Origin: a virus
Lineage: Duplodnaviria > Heunggongvirae > Uroviricota > Caudoviricetes
Virus record (IMG/VR): IMGVR_UViG_3300017963_000223
Direction: 5' to 3' (one strand)
Length of the DNA: 64,000 bases
Shown: positions 37,989 to 47,799 of the stretch, piece by piece
Layout of the letters: each line of letters starts with the position of its first letter
Position numbering within the stretch: the stretch's first letter is position 1
Program-made: the position numbers and the translations under genes
Notes under the pieces: generated by a model
Told to the model about the DNA's origin: nothing
Seen by the model: only the letters and a program-made list of their open reading frames with translations
The model's database searches: none

Positions 37989-38684
37989 ATGTCGAATGAA
38001 CTCGTACCTTTCAAAGTCAACCTTCCTGCCGTCACCAAAGAGCAACTGAACGCCCTTGACGAGGTCGCAAAGGGCTCGGAATTCCTTCCGCGTATCCAGC
38101 TTATCACCAAAGGTAAGTACGTGGACACCGGCAAGATCAAGCCCGGCCGCTGGGGCGTCCCCTTGCCAGGAGGAGATGACATCGACGACCTCGGGGAGTC
38201 GATTGACGTTGTGCCGTGGGCGGTTCGCCCGAAGGCGTTGGATGTGGCCGACAAGGACGCTATCGTATCGGTCTATGAAACAAGTGACCCCGAGTTTCAG
38301 CGGATCAAGAACGCTCCGAAGAACACGGGCTGCATGTGGGGCCCCTCCTTCCTCGTCCTTGAACGCAGCACCGGCAAGTTGTACGAACTCTACTTCGGCA
38401 ACAAGTCCGGTCGACAGGAAGCTGGCAAGCTGAAGCCATTCTTGCCCACCGAGGAGAACGGCGGCCAAGCGAGTCCTGCAACGCTGAACATCCGTTACGT
38501 GAAGATGCCGGAGTACGGCTGGCATGTTCCCGTTGTAACGAAGTGCTCGGAGCCCTTCGATCCGAAGGCCGTACAGGTCACGCCTGATCAATTGATCGAA
38601 GAGCGTGTGAAGTTCCTCAACCCTGAGAAGGGCGCGGAGAAGGTCTCCGAAGAGGAGCAAACCACGCAGGAGCGCGCTCGCTAG
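37989..38684 (+). CDS. hypothetical protein (231 aa)
   Basis: ORF followed by hairpin terminator. Confidence 0.5.
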   Translation: MSNELVPFKVNLPAVTKEQLNALDEVAKGSEFLPRIQLITKGKYVDTGKIKPGRWGVPLPGGDDIDDLGESIDVVPWAVRPKALDVADKDAIVSVYETSDPEFQRIKNAPKNTGCMWGPSFLVLERSTGKLYELYFGNKSGRQEAGKLKPFLPTEENGGQASPATLNIRYVKMPEYGWHVPVVTKCSEPFDPKAVQVTPDQLIEERVKFLNPEKGAEKVSEEEQTTQERAR

Positions 38685-38698
38685 CCTGCATCTTCATA

Positions 38699-38731
38699 CC
38701 CGCGAGGCCTCCGGTTGCGGGGCCTCGCGGG
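38699..38731 (+). terminator. hairpin cccgcgaggcc...ggcctcgcggg
   Basis: 11-bp perfect stem, followed by cctttcatc. Confidence 0.5.
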
Positions 38732-38752
38732 CCTTTCATCAAAGAAAGCACC

Positions 38753-39284
38753 ATGGACCAAACACCTGACGCCGACTTAACCGCAGTCCTCGCATGGAGC
38801 GTCGAAAACGACATCACGTTCTCCATAGACAATGACGATGGAGTCCTTGTCGTTCGAGCACGCTGCAACAACATTTCATCTGAGTACAAGATCAATGAAC
38901 CCTACTCCGGACCACAACTTGGAGCTTCCGTCTGGGCCGCCCTTTTCGCTGTCAAGTACGGAACAGAGCACCACGCCCGCTTTGGATTCTTCCCACCAAG
39001 ACCAACTCAACAGACTCGCCCTGGCAAAGGCCCAGGTGGAGTTGACGGAAGCCAGCCTCAAGGTGCAGATAGCGAAGGAGCGATTGAAGGAAGCGGAGCA
39101 GGAGCATCTTTCATCCCGGATGCTGAATCTGCCTCACCGAGCATTACCCATCAAGATTTACAATGACGGCCTGGTCTGGGTCGCGAAGTACGAATGTGCT
39201 GAAGGCGAGCCGGTGGTGGGTCGCGGCGAAAGCCCTCAACTCGCACTGGTCGACTTTGATCATCACTGGTTAGGATTGAAATGA
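38753..39284 (+). pseudogene. hypothetical gene apparently split by a +1 frameshift near 38985-39000 (frames 38753.. and ..39284)
   Basis: N-terminal part codes well in frame of 38753 (to ...YGTEHH); C-terminal coiled-coil part codes well in the frame of ORF 38832..39284 (from ...QDQLNRLALAKAQ); the other frame in each half is low-complexity. Confidence 0.3.
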
Positions 39285-39445
39285 TGCGTGACTTCAAGAA
39301 GTCTGCAAAGGAGAAGGCCAAATCGGACCCGGCATACCGTGATGGCCTTTTGGTTGAAGCGGCCGAGGCCATCGATCGTGGTGAACATGATGTAGCAGAC
39401 ATCCTTCTATCTGAATATCAAGACGCATGCACGGAGTTGGAATGA
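39281..39445 (+). CDS. small protein (54 aa)
   Basis: ATGA overlaps with neighbours at both ends. Confidence 0.3.
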   Translation: MMRDFKKSAKEKAKSDPAYRDGLLVEAAEAIDRGEHDVADILLSEYQDACTELE

Positions 39446-39957
39446 GCGGCGTAGCCTTAGTACAGTTTTCCGATGTCGATCTGAAGACCTTGCTGCCTAT
39501 TGGCCGGGAGGCGTTCGATCGAAACCTTGCGGCCAATGCCGATAGCCAAGGGCATGAGCCTCCGTTGCATCACATGCTGTGCGTCGCAGGGATGAAGAAC
39601 CCGCAGGCGAAGACAGCCGAGGACACCCGGCCGTATGCCAACCTTTTCCACGCTGGCTTTCTGATCGTGTGCAACGATCGTGATGCTGCTGAAATCTTGG
39701 AGGTGGCGGGTATGCCGTCCGTCATGGTAGAGACAGTTGAGCGGGGATACGTCGCCCTCTTCATCTCAGGCTCGGTCGCACAGTGGCGGGAGGCCGTGCT
39801 GCGTGGCTGCCAGCCGGAGGTAAGCCGGGGCACCCGGCAGATCTACAACGGGGTCTATACGAAGTTCAAGTCAATGGGACTAGCCGGTCTGTTCAACGTG
39901 AAGTCCAAACCGAGCCGCCGCGACCAAACTTTCCTTTTGGAATACAAACCCTCTTGA
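39442..39957 (+). CDS. hypothetical protein
   Basis: ATG 39442 overlapping upstream stop; table ORF 39427 is extension. Confidence 0.45.
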   Translation: MSGVALVQFSDVDLKTLLPIGREAFDRNLAANADSQGHEPPLHHMLCVAGMKNPQAKTAEDTRPYANLFHAGFLIVCNDRDAAEILEVAGMPSVMVETVERGYVALFISGSVAQWREAVLRGCQPEVSRGTRQIYNGVYTKFKSMGLAGLFNVKSKPSRRDQTFLLEYKPS

Positions 39958-39986
39958 CACAAGCCACTCCGTATGGTATACTTGAG
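39954..39986 (+). promoter_or_regulatory. phage promoter copy 1: TTGACA-N17-TGGTATACTTGA
   Basis: TTGACA 39954-39959, TATACT 39977-39982; ATG of SNF2 gene at 39990 (leaderless-like). Confidence 0.6.
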
Positions 39987-39989
39987 ATA

Positions 39990-41912
39990 ATGATTGAATC
40001 CATCAAGCTAGTAACGACGACTCCCAAAGGCACCAAGCTGAAGGTGCCCGCGAAGATTGAGCGCACTGAAGGTCGCATCTTCTTTGTGCAGTCGCCCTTT
40101 CACTTGAAGGACGAGATCAAGGCGATGAAGGGCTCGAAGTGGCACGGCTACATGCCGGGCGACGGGCGGAAGATGTGGTCCGTCGAAGACTGCTGCCGCA
40201 ACAACTTCCAGCTTGACTTCATGCAGGGCGGGAACCCCTACGCCAACTGGGATCAGCCACTGCGGAACTTCGGGTACTCCCGCCCACTGTTCGACCACCA
40301 GAAGCTGATGGCCGATCACTGCCTGACGTACCACTACAAGATTCTTGCGGCCGAGATGGGCGTGGGCAAAACCCTATCCGCGATCGAGGTGATAGAGAAG
40401 TCCGGGGAGCTTGACTGGTGGTGGGTGGCTCCCAAGTCGGGCCTCGCTGCCGTTGAGCGGGAGTTCGAGAAGTGGAACCTTCAAGTGACCCCACGGATGC
40501 TGACCTACGATCGGCTCCGCATTGAGATGGAACGGTGGCAGTCTGGCGACCCGGCCCCTCGCGGCGTCATCTTTGATGAGTCCTCCCGGCTCAAGACGGC
40601 CACGTCCAAGCGGACCAAGGCCGCCATGCACCTTGCCGACAGTGTTCGGGCCGAGCACGGCTGGGACGGCTACGTGATCCTCATGTCCGGAACACCCGCT
40701 CCCAAGTCGCCTGTCGATTGGTGGGCGCAGGCTGAGGTCTGCTATCCAGGGTTTGTTAAGGAAGGCAACATCAAGGCCTTTGAGTGGCGGCTCGCCATCT
40801 TCGAGAAGCACATCACATCTGCCGGAGAGTTCTGGAAGCGGAAGACCTGGAGAGATGATGAGAACAAGTGCAACAAGTGTGGCGAGTACGCGGACCATGA
40901 AAGTCACACCCTGGATGAGATGGACGAGATGTTTGGCAACGAAGCCAGTCACGAGTTCGAGCCCAGCAAGAACGAGGTGGGCTATCTCCGTCCACGACTG
41001 GAAGGCCTAGTCCTCCCGCTCGCCAAGAAGGACTGCTTGGACATCCCAGAGAAGATCTACCGTGCTGTCGAATTGTCTCCGACCTCCACGATCAAGCGAG
41101 TCGGGAAGGCCCTGGCCAAGTCCGCCATCTCCGCGATCCAAGGCCTCACATGGCTGCGGGAACTGAGCGACGGGTTCCAGTACAACCAAGTACAGAGCGA
41201 GAAAGAGCCCCTCATCACTTGCCCGGTATGCAAAGGCGCCAAGGAAGTCAAGCAGTGGTTCAATCGTCACACCAACGAGCTTGCCTACATCGACCCGAAC
41301 CTGGCGGTAGATGAAGACGACTATGAACTGCGAATGGATACATGCCCCCGTTGCGAAGGCGACGGGATGGTCCCGAACATGGTCCGCGAGACCAAGGAGA
41401 TTCGATGTCCAAAGGACCAAGCCTGTCGTGACCTGCTGGAAGAGAACGAAGACCAAGGGCGCATCGTGTTCTTCGCAGGCTTCCAGGGCTCGATCGATCG
41501 CATCGTCGCCCTCTGCCACAAGCATCATTGGAATGTTGTGAAGGTCGACGGGCGTGGCTGGAAGATCTTGCCGTGCGGTGACGAGAAGACGCCGAAGAAG
41601 GTGAAGCCGTTAAGCTACTGGGCCAACCTGGACAACGAGCGTGTCGCGTTCGTCGCCCACCCAGAGTCGGGTGGTATGGGGCTCACGTTAACGGAGGCTC
41701 GCATGGCAGTCTTCTACTCGAATGACTTCAAGCCGGAGAGCCGGATGCAGGCCGAGGATCGTATCCATAGGCCGGGCATCGACGAGAACAAAGGTGCAAC
41801 CATCGTCGACCTGTTCCATCTCGGGACGGATCGTAAGGTGCTTAACGTGTTACGCGATAACCGCAGACTGGAACAGATGACTCTTGGAGAGATGAGGGCT
41901 ATGGTAGAATGA
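39990..41912 (+). CDS. SNF2-family DNA helicase with internal zinc-ribbon insertions
   Basis: Walker A AAEMGVGKT, DExx FDESSRL, helicase-C region; CNKCG and CPVC...CPRC insertions. Confidence 0.7.
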   Translation: MIESIKLVTTTPKGTKLKVPAKIERTEGRIFFVQSPFHLKDEIKAMKGSKWHGYMPGDGRKMWSVEDCCRNNFQLDFMQGGNPYANWDQPLRNFGYSRPLFDHQKLMADHCLTYHYKILAAEMGVGKTLSAIEVIEKSGELDWWWVAPKSGLAAVEREFEKWNLQVTPRMLTYDRLRIEMERWQSGDPAPRGVIFDESSRLKTATSKRTKAAMHLADSVRAEHGWDGYVILMSGTPAPKSPVDWWAQAEVCYPGFVKEGNIKAFEWRLAIFEKHITSAGEFWKRKTWRDDENKCNKCGEYADHESHTLDEMDEMFGNEASHEFEPSKNEVGYLRPRLEGLVLPLAKKDCLDIPEKIYRAVELSPTSTIKRVGKALAKSAISAIQGLTWLRELSDGFQYNQVQSEKEPLITCPVCKGAKEVKQWFNRHTNELAYIDPNLAVDEDDYELRMDTCPRCEGDGMVPNMVRETKEIRCPKDQACRDLLEENEDQGRIVFFAGFQGSIDRIVALCHKHHWNVVKVDGRGWKILPCGDEKTPKKVKPLSYWANLDNERVAFVAHPESGGMGLTLTEARMAVFYSNDFKPESRMQAEDRIHRPGIDENKGATIVDLFHLGTDRKVLNVLRDNRRLEQMTLGEMRAMVE

Positions 41913-42076
41913 GACTCGATGACTTTCTCAATCGATTGGAATGCTTAGGCGAGACGGACTCTGAAGTCTGCATCGAAGTGAACGGCATTGTTCATGTGGT
42001 GCAAGACGTGTACGATGACTCGCAAGGCATCACTATTGTTGTCGACACTGACGCCGAAGAGAGGGCGATGCGGTGA
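41909..42076 (+). CDS. small acidic protein (55 aa)
   Basis: ATGA overlap with SNF2 stop. Confidence 0.3.
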   Translation: MRLDDFLNRLECLGETDSEVCIEVNGIVHVVQDVYDDSQGITIVVDTDAEERAMR

Positions 42077-42081
42077 GGCGA

Positions 42082-42273
42082 ATGATAGTGTTCAAAAGAC
42101 CTGATGGTGTTCGATTCGCGATCGCCGCTCCCGATATTCGACAAGTTTTTCAACGGGCTGACCTTGTCTCATGTGACATTTTCTTCCTGGATTCCAAGAA
42201 AACATTACATACAGAAGTCGTCTCCGGTACATTCGACAACATCATAACTCGAATTGAAGAGAACACCGAATGA
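42082..42273 (+). CDS. small protein (63 aa)
   Basis: ATG with GAGG 4 nt upstream; stop overlaps next start. Confidence 0.35.
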   Translation: MIVFKRPDGVRFAIAAPDIRQVFQRADLVSCDIFFLDSKKTLHTEVVSGTFDNIITRIEENTE

Positions 42274-43463
42274 GATGTACAGCTACCACCTGCCCTGCGT
42301 GCGGCTCAAACGACGTTGAACTGTTGATTGACATGGGCGAGCAGCCGATGTCCCTTGTCGCGTTGGAGAAAGACCCACACCACTCCAAGGTGCAGGAGTG
42401 TTATCCTATCGTGATGCTAATCTGTCGAAACTGCACACACGTCTTCAATAGCGAGTACAAGAGCGAGAATGTCAAGTACACGGCCGCAGGCTGCCGCATG
42501 TTCAATGCTGGGTCTGGGTGGCAAGAGCATATCAACGATGTCTATCAAATGCTGCATCCGATCACGGCAGATGAGGCTCTTGATCTGGTAATTGAGATCG
42601 GGGCAGGTGACTGCGAGTTTCTTGCGGGTATTGACACTAAGGCCGGGAAGATCGCGGTCGATCCGTGCGAGTCGGTACTGAATGCCGCGAGGTATGGCTT
42701 CACATTCTATCGCGAGCACTTCGATCCGGTTCAGCACATCCCCAGAGGAGCGGGGAATGTGCTTCTTGTTTTGCGACATTTGCTGGAGCACTTTGAGCGT
42801 CCTCGCGACATCCTTGAAAGTATCGCCCGCGCCACCAAGGCTCGGCCTAACCCGTCCATCCTCTACATCGAGGTGCCGTCGTGTGAGAATGCTCTTCGCC
42901 GATGTCGCATTGAAGACTGGACCTACGAGCATCCACAGCACTTCACTGTAGGCAGCATGCGGGCTTTGCTCCGGTCAGCCGGGCTCGATCACTTCATCGT
43001 GTTGCCGAAGTATAGTGGTGAGGTTCTCTCAGTCATCGTGAAGATTGCACCGGAGGAGCCCCACGACTCCGACCTATGTACCGATCTTGTCCTTATGGAC
43101 TATGAGCGGATGGAGCAAAACATCGCACGAGAGATGGGCTGGATGCGTCATCATTCTCTCAACACGGTCTTCTGGGGCGGGGCGGGTAAGTCGGCGATGT
43201 TCATTCGCAAGTTCCACTTGCCGGAAGATGACACGACTGTCGTTGATAGTGATGAAGAGAAGTGGGGCATGTGCGTTCCCGGCACCGGCATCAAGATTCA
43301 GCCACCGAACATCCTTTATCATGTTCGGCCAGATTACGTCATCGCCACAACGTCGTGGCGAGCGGACGACATCCGAGACGAGATCGTTCGTGATGACATC
43401 CCATGTAAAACGCTCCTCAAATTTGAGGGCGGAGAATTGAGGGAGGTTCCTCTTGGCAGGTAA
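42270..43463 (+). CDS. SAM-dependent methyltransferase of the sugar C-methyltransferase type (N-terminal zinc ribbon + class I MTase + C-terminal domain)
   Basis: N-terminal CPACGS...QPMSL...CRNC zinc-binding motif, motif I VIEIGAGDCEF; architecture as in NDP-hexose C-methyltransferases (TylCIII-like). Confidence 0.65.
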   Translation: MRCTATTCPACGSNDVELLIDMGEQPMSLVALEKDPHHSKVQECYPIVMLICRNCTHVFNSEYKSENVKYTAAGCRMFNAGSGWQEHINDVYQMLHPITADEALDLVIEIGAGDCEFLAGIDTKAGKIAVDPCESVLNAARYGFTFYREHFDPVQHIPRGAGNVLLVLRHLLEHFERPRDILESIARATKARPNPSILYIEVPSCENALRRCRIEDWTYEHPQHFTVGSMRALLRSAGLDHFIVLPKYSGEVLSVIVKIAPEEPHDSDLCTDLVLMDYERMEQNIAREMGWMRHHSLNTVFWGGAGKSAMFIRKFHLPEDDTTVVDSDEEKWGMCVPGTGIKIQPPNILYHVRPDYVIATTSWRADDIRDEIVRDDIPCKTLLKFEGGELREVPLGR

Positions 43464-45339
43464 GAAGCCCACGAAGCACCAGAAACGGATCATCAAGAAC
43501 AGGAAGCAAAAGGCCGTCCGCCAGCGCAAGGACCGCCGTGCTCAGCCCATCTGCTTGCCGCCACCCAGCCCGGAAGTCGGAATCCCTGATTTCGATCTCG
43601 CCTTGGCCTATGATTTGATCTCCCGTAGCGACCCTCGGGTGTGGAGTGAGTTCCTCAAATATCTTGGGTGGTTTGAGCAGCATCACTATCTCAAGTTCGG
43701 ACGGGAAGCGATCAAGTGCCTGAACAGATTTGCTGCCGCTTTTAGCGCGGCGATCGCCAAGGAGGACTGCCTGCCTCCGTCAGATGAAGCTATCAACTTG
43801 ATTCAGTCCAATCACTTGATACACCACCTCGTTGCATCGTCGTCGTATCAGGACTGTGACACCTTGTTGGACATGTCTCTCGGCCTGCAAAACAACTTGC
43901 CGAAGCTTCTCATGTTGCAGAACCCTCGCTGCAAGATTCAGATCGACCAGAAGAAGTTCTTTGACATGGAACCCTGGCTGGCGTCGCTCTGGTTCAACTC
44001 GTACCCGCTCGGCATCTCGTCGCCGACGGAGTTGATCCAGAAGAACATGTACCGACACTTTGAGTGCATGGACGAGCGGTGGGTGCCAACAACCCACGTC
44101 GTCTCCGGCCTCTACTTCTCCTGCACCTATCATAACCCGGCAGCGGTCCCTCGCGTCAAGCGGATCATCAACAAAGCGATCAAAGCCAGCCGAAAGAGAT
44201 GTCCGAAGTTTGTGAACAATCCGAATCCGGACTCGGTTGCCATCATCACGAACAAGTGGCATCGAAACCACGCGGTCTACAAGTCCGCCTCTCCCCTGGT
44301 AGAGCAGTTGGTTGGTAAGAAGCGGCTGACTCTCATCTGGTGCGGTGACAAGGACTCCATGCCGGACACGACTGTCACCAACTACTTCAACCAAGTTGCT
44401 CACTGTTACTTCCAGTCGAATGGCGAACTGATCATTCCGGCCGAGTTGCAGAGCAATGACTTTGGGATGATCTACTTCCCCGACATTGGTATGAGTGACG
44501 AATCTATCTGGCTGTCGAACTGTCGGATGGCGCCGATCCAGGCCGTCGGCTATGGCCACCCCGACACGACGGGCGAGGGCAACGAGATCGACTACTTCGT
44601 TGGCGGTCAGGTTGAGGCCGACTCAGCCGACTTCTACTCGGAGACAATGGTTCTGCTTCCTGGCTTGGCACAAGAGCCCGCTTGGCCGACCGCCCCTCGG
44701 CAGAACAACTACAAGGACGATGGAGTAGTGCGGGTCAATTGCGTGTGGGGCCCGGACAAGTACAATTTCTCCCTGCTGTCTATGCTCAAAAAGATCAACG
44801 AAGAGGTCGCCAAAATCGACCCTGAGTCGAAGCATGAGTTTCACTTGTTCGCCAGCCCCGGCATCAATCGATACGCAGCGCTGCCGCCATTCAGTCGTGA
44901 GATCGCACAACTCCTGCCCAACGCGGTGCTTCACTCTGAGCAGGAATACTTCGACTACATGGTCAACGCCGAGATGCACGACTTCGCCCTGAACTCGTTC
45001 CCGTTCGGCTGTTACAACGTGTTGATCGAGAGCCTGTACATGGGTCTGCCCTTCCTCTCGCTCGTTGGCGAGAGATTCTACAACCGGGCGGGCATGTACT
45101 TGAACGAGCAGGTTGGCATGGACGAGAACAACTTCCATGATCCGGTGGAGCTTATCGAGAAAGCGGCCGAGTTGATCACCAACCCTGATGAGTTGAGGCG
45201 TCAGAGAAGCCATCTGGCATCCATAGACCTGAAGGAGCGGCTCTTCACGCTGAAGGGAGATCACTTCCTCGAAGCAGTGGAATATATGCAAGAAAATCAC
45301 CCCTTCACAGAGACGAAGAAGATCGGAGTTGACGCATGA
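43453..45339 (+). CDS. glycosyltransferase, GT41 (O-GlcNAc-transferase-like) catalytic domain
   Basis: C-terminal HDFALNSFPFGCYNVLIESLYMGLPFLSLVGERFYNRAGMYLNEQVGMDE resembles OGT-family motif LDTFPYNGHTT..D.LWMGVPVVT..GE.FASRV; start codon uncertain (TTG 43453; first in-frame ATG is far downstream). Confidence 0.5.
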   Translation: MAGKKPTKHQKRIIKNRKQKAVRQRKDRRAQPICLPPPSPEVGIPDFDLALAYDLISRSDPRVWSEFLKYLGWFEQHHYLKFGREAIKCLNRFAAAFSAAIAKEDCLPPSDEAINLIQSNHLIHHLVASSSYQDCDTLLDMSLGLQNNLPKLLMLQNPRCKIQIDQKKFFDMEPWLASLWFNSYPLGISSPTELIQKNMYRHFECMDERWVPTTHVVSGLYFSCTYHNPAAVPRVKRIINKAIKASRKRCPKFVNNPNPDSVAIITNKWHRNHAVYKSASPLVEQLVGKKRLTLIWCGDKDSMPDTTVTNYFNQVAHCYFQSNGELIIPAELQSNDFGMIYFPDIGMSDESIWLSNCRMAPIQAVGYGHPDTTGEGNEIDYFVGGQVEADSADFYSETMVLLPGLAQEPAWPTAPRQNNYKDDGVVRVNCVWGPDKYNFSLLSMLKKINEEVAKIDPESKHEFHLFASPGINRYAALPPFSREIAQLLPNAVLHSEQEYFDYMVNAEMHDFALNSFPFGCYNVLIESLYMGLPFLSLVGERFYNRAGMYLNEQVGMDENNFHDPVELIEKAAELITNPDELRRQRSHLASIDLKERLFTLKGDHFLEAVEYMQENHPFTETKKIGVDA

Positions 45340-46604
45340 CGATATTGAACAAGGACACAGTAGCGAAGATCAAAGACCACCTGATTCGCAAAGACCTGAC
45401 CCAGAAACAGATCGGCCAGAAGTTCGGAGTCAGCCGATCGGTCATCAGCGACATTGCGTGTGGGCGGGTCCACAAGGGTGTGAAGCCTTCCAATGAGGCC
45501 ACCCCTGAAGAATCTGAGATCTTCAAGCTGCAAGCGGAGGTCACCCACTTACGTGAAGAGCGAAACGACGCCCGACGCAAGCTGAAGGCCGCCGCGAAGA
45601 CGCAGGGGTTGTTTGATGCGATCACTGAAGAGATCGAAAGCACGATCGTTCCGATGCGTCCTCTCCCTCCTGCTCGTCGGACACTTGAAGCCCCGGCCAA
45701 ACAGTTGACCGAGCACCTTGTCCTGCACTTGTCGGACGGGCATCACGATCAGGTAGTCACCCGCGAGGACACGGGCGGCCTGGAAGAGTACAACTTTCCC
45801 ATCAGCCTCTGCCGCGCGGAGCAGTTGGTCGACACGACCATCAAGTTCACGCAGCAGACGCTGGCCTCAACCTACAGCTTCCCCACCTTGACGGTGCTGG
45901 CCTACGGTGATCACACCAGCGGGGAGATTCACGGAGCCGTCCGTCGAAGCTACTTCAAGAACTGCTTCAAGAACTGCCACGCGACAGGTCAGTTGCACGC
46001 CTTGATGTATCGCGACTTTGCTCCGTACTTTCAGCAGATCAATGTGATCTATGTGCCTGGCAATCACGGTCGCCGCACTCAGAAAAAGGATTACCATGGT
46101 GCCCATGACAACTGGGACTACCTGATTGCCAAGATGGCTCAGATGTACTGTCGAGGAATCGACAACATCAACTTCGTGATCCCAAATGCCTTTTCCGCTG
46201 TCGTCGACATTGACGGCGTGGGCTTCCACATCAGCCACGGGGACGACATTCGCTCGCAGTTGGGCATCCCGTGGTATGGTTTGGAGAAGCGGAAGCATCG
46301 CCTCATGGCTCTCGAAGGGGTTCGCCAAGGCGTCCCCATCAAATACTACTGTTGCGGACACTTCCATCGTCCCGGCACGACGACCGAGATCGATGGCGAG
46401 TTGATCCTGAACGGAGCGTGGCCTGCCACTGATGCTTATGCGTTCAACGCGCTGGGCGGGTTCACGGAGCCAAACCAGTTGATCCACGGTGTCAACAAGA
46501 AGTATGGCATTACGTGGAGGCTCCCAGTGAAGCTTCGCTGCGAGTACGAGAAAACAGGGCCGCGACGTTACCGGCTCGAAGACATGGACGAAGTTTCTAT
46601 CTAA
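45336..46604 (+). CDS. HTH DNA-binding domain fused to calcineurin-like metallophosphoesterase
   Basis: HTH KQIGQKFGVSRSVISDIACG; MPP motifs LSDGHHD, GDHTSGE, VPGNHG, SHGD, GHFH. Confidence 0.6.
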   Translation: MTILNKDTVAKIKDHLIRKDLTQKQIGQKFGVSRSVISDIACGRVHKGVKPSNEATPEESEIFKLQAEVTHLREERNDARRKLKAAAKTQGLFDAITEEIESTIVPMRPLPPARRTLEAPAKQLTEHLVLHLSDGHHDQVVTREDTGGLEEYNFPISLCRAEQLVDTTIKFTQQTLASTYSFPTLTVLAYGDHTSGEIHGAVRRSYFKNCFKNCHATGQLHALMYRDFAPYFQQINVIYVPGNHGRRTQKKDYHGAHDNWDYLIAKMAQMYCRGIDNINFVIPNAFSAVVDIDGVGFHISHGDDIRSQLGIPWYGLEKRKHRLMALEGVRQGVPIKYYCCGHFHRPGTTTEIDGELILNGAWPATDAYAFNALGGFTEPNQLIHGVNKKYGITWRLPVKLRCEYEKTGPRRYRLEDMDEVSI

Positions 46605-46628
46605 CTCGTTTCTTTAGGAGGCCTTTTC

Positions 46629-47351
46629 ATGGCTGGTGTTATTGCGACTCTTTTGACAAGTGCCAAGGCGATTTCCAAAGTGGACGCCGGTAATCGGGCC
46701 AAGCAGCGTCATGCTTATGACGAACTGATCCAGTTACAGGGCAAGGGCGATCCGACCCTGGCGTCACCTTACCTTGCCGCATCGGCAGTATCGACTATCG
46801 CCGCCAACGGCGGCACAAGCGGCAACTTCAAGATCACCATCAACTTCCCTGAGCAGAGCGTTGCTGTTACGACGGCGAACATTGCTTACAACGCGGCTGA
46901 GGCCGCGATCCAGTCGGCAATTGACACGGCGTTGAATGGTCAGACGATCAAGGCCACTTATGTGGCAGGGCATGTTGATGCCGGGTCTTGTGCAAACATG
47001 GCTTCGGCTTCGTGTAACATCACGGCCAACGGTGCGTCTGTCAATCAGGCTCACATGGTTGTGACGACCACGAATGTTGATCTTGACGTGGCGGCCCCTG
47101 CTGTAACGGTGGTGACGGTCGGAACGATCAACCGCCCGGCGGAAGCCATCCTTGCTCTCTACAGTTGTCTCACCCCGGCGTCGGCACCTTTGGGGTATGG
47201 CATCACCCCTGGGGAGAGCGATTACGAGGTCGGCGGCAACCCGCTCAGCCTCAGTCCTGGTTTGAAGGACCTGCTTGTGACGGAGGTGGAAGTCACCGAG
47301 AACGAGGTGCTGGGTCAATTCTTCCGCACCCAGATCGAATGCGTGGGCTAA
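46629..47351 (+). CDS. Ala/Thr-rich hypothetical protein
   Basis: RBS taggaggcc; followed by terminator. Confidence 0.5.
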   Translation: MAGVIATLLTSAKAISKVDAGNRAKQRHAYDELIQLQGKGDPTLASPYLAASAVSTIAANGGTSGNFKITINFPEQSVAVTTANIAYNAAEAAIQSAIDTALNGQTIKATYVAGHVDAGSCANMASASCNITANGASVNQAHMVVTTTNVDLDVAAPAVTVVTVGTINRPAEAILALYSCLTPASAPLGYGITPGESDYEVGGNPLSLSPGLKDLLVTEVEVTENEVLGQFFRTQIECVG

Positions 47352-47391
47352 CCCCACTGGAGTAGGAGCCACACTGTCTTGATGGATTATC

Positions 47392-47424
47392 AGCGGCAGC
47401 ATCGCAAGGTGCTGCCGCTTTTTC
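47392..47424 (+). terminator. rho-independent terminator agcggcagca...tgctgccgct + TTTTCC
   Basis: 10-bp stem, T-tract. Confidence 0.6.
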
Positions 47425-47436
47425 CATATTTTCTAC

Positions 47437-47468
47437 TTGACTTTCTGGCTCCATGTGGTATACTTGAT
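47437..47468 (+). promoter_or_regulatory. phage promoter copy 2 (TTGACT-N16-TGGTATACTTGA)
   Basis: -10 TATACT 47459-47464; RBS AGGAG then ATG 47482. Confidence 0.6.
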
Positions 47469-47481
47469 ATAGGAGAACACA

Positions 47482-47799
47482 ATGAACGTACAGACTGATC
47501 TTTCCCAGTATGATGCCATGGAGCGTGCTCAATACTACCTACAGGTGGGCGCCTTATGGGAGCATGTCCGCGAGCACCTTGGTGAGGATACCCACAGGCG
47601 GGTGGTGTCGTTCCTGTTTCGCGAGGACTTCCTTGAAGAGCACCAGCGTACATTCCCTTCGTTGGGAGAATTTCCATTGTTGCCCGGTAAAGCCCTCAAC
47701 GCCGCACGTTTGGACAACGACGACATAGTGCCCTTCCCGCCGTTTCCCACTCCTGAAGTTCCCGGCTCCATGCCGGTCAAACTGACGAGGATTCAATGA
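47482..47799 (+). CDS. promoter-proximal early protein, unknown function
   Basis: First ORF after promoter copy 2. Confidence 0.5.
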   Translation: MNVQTDLSQYDAMERAQYYLQVGALWEHVREHLGEDTHRRVVSFLFREDFLEEHQRTFPSLGEFPLLPGKALNAARLDNDDIVPFPPFPTPEVPGSMPVKLTRIQ

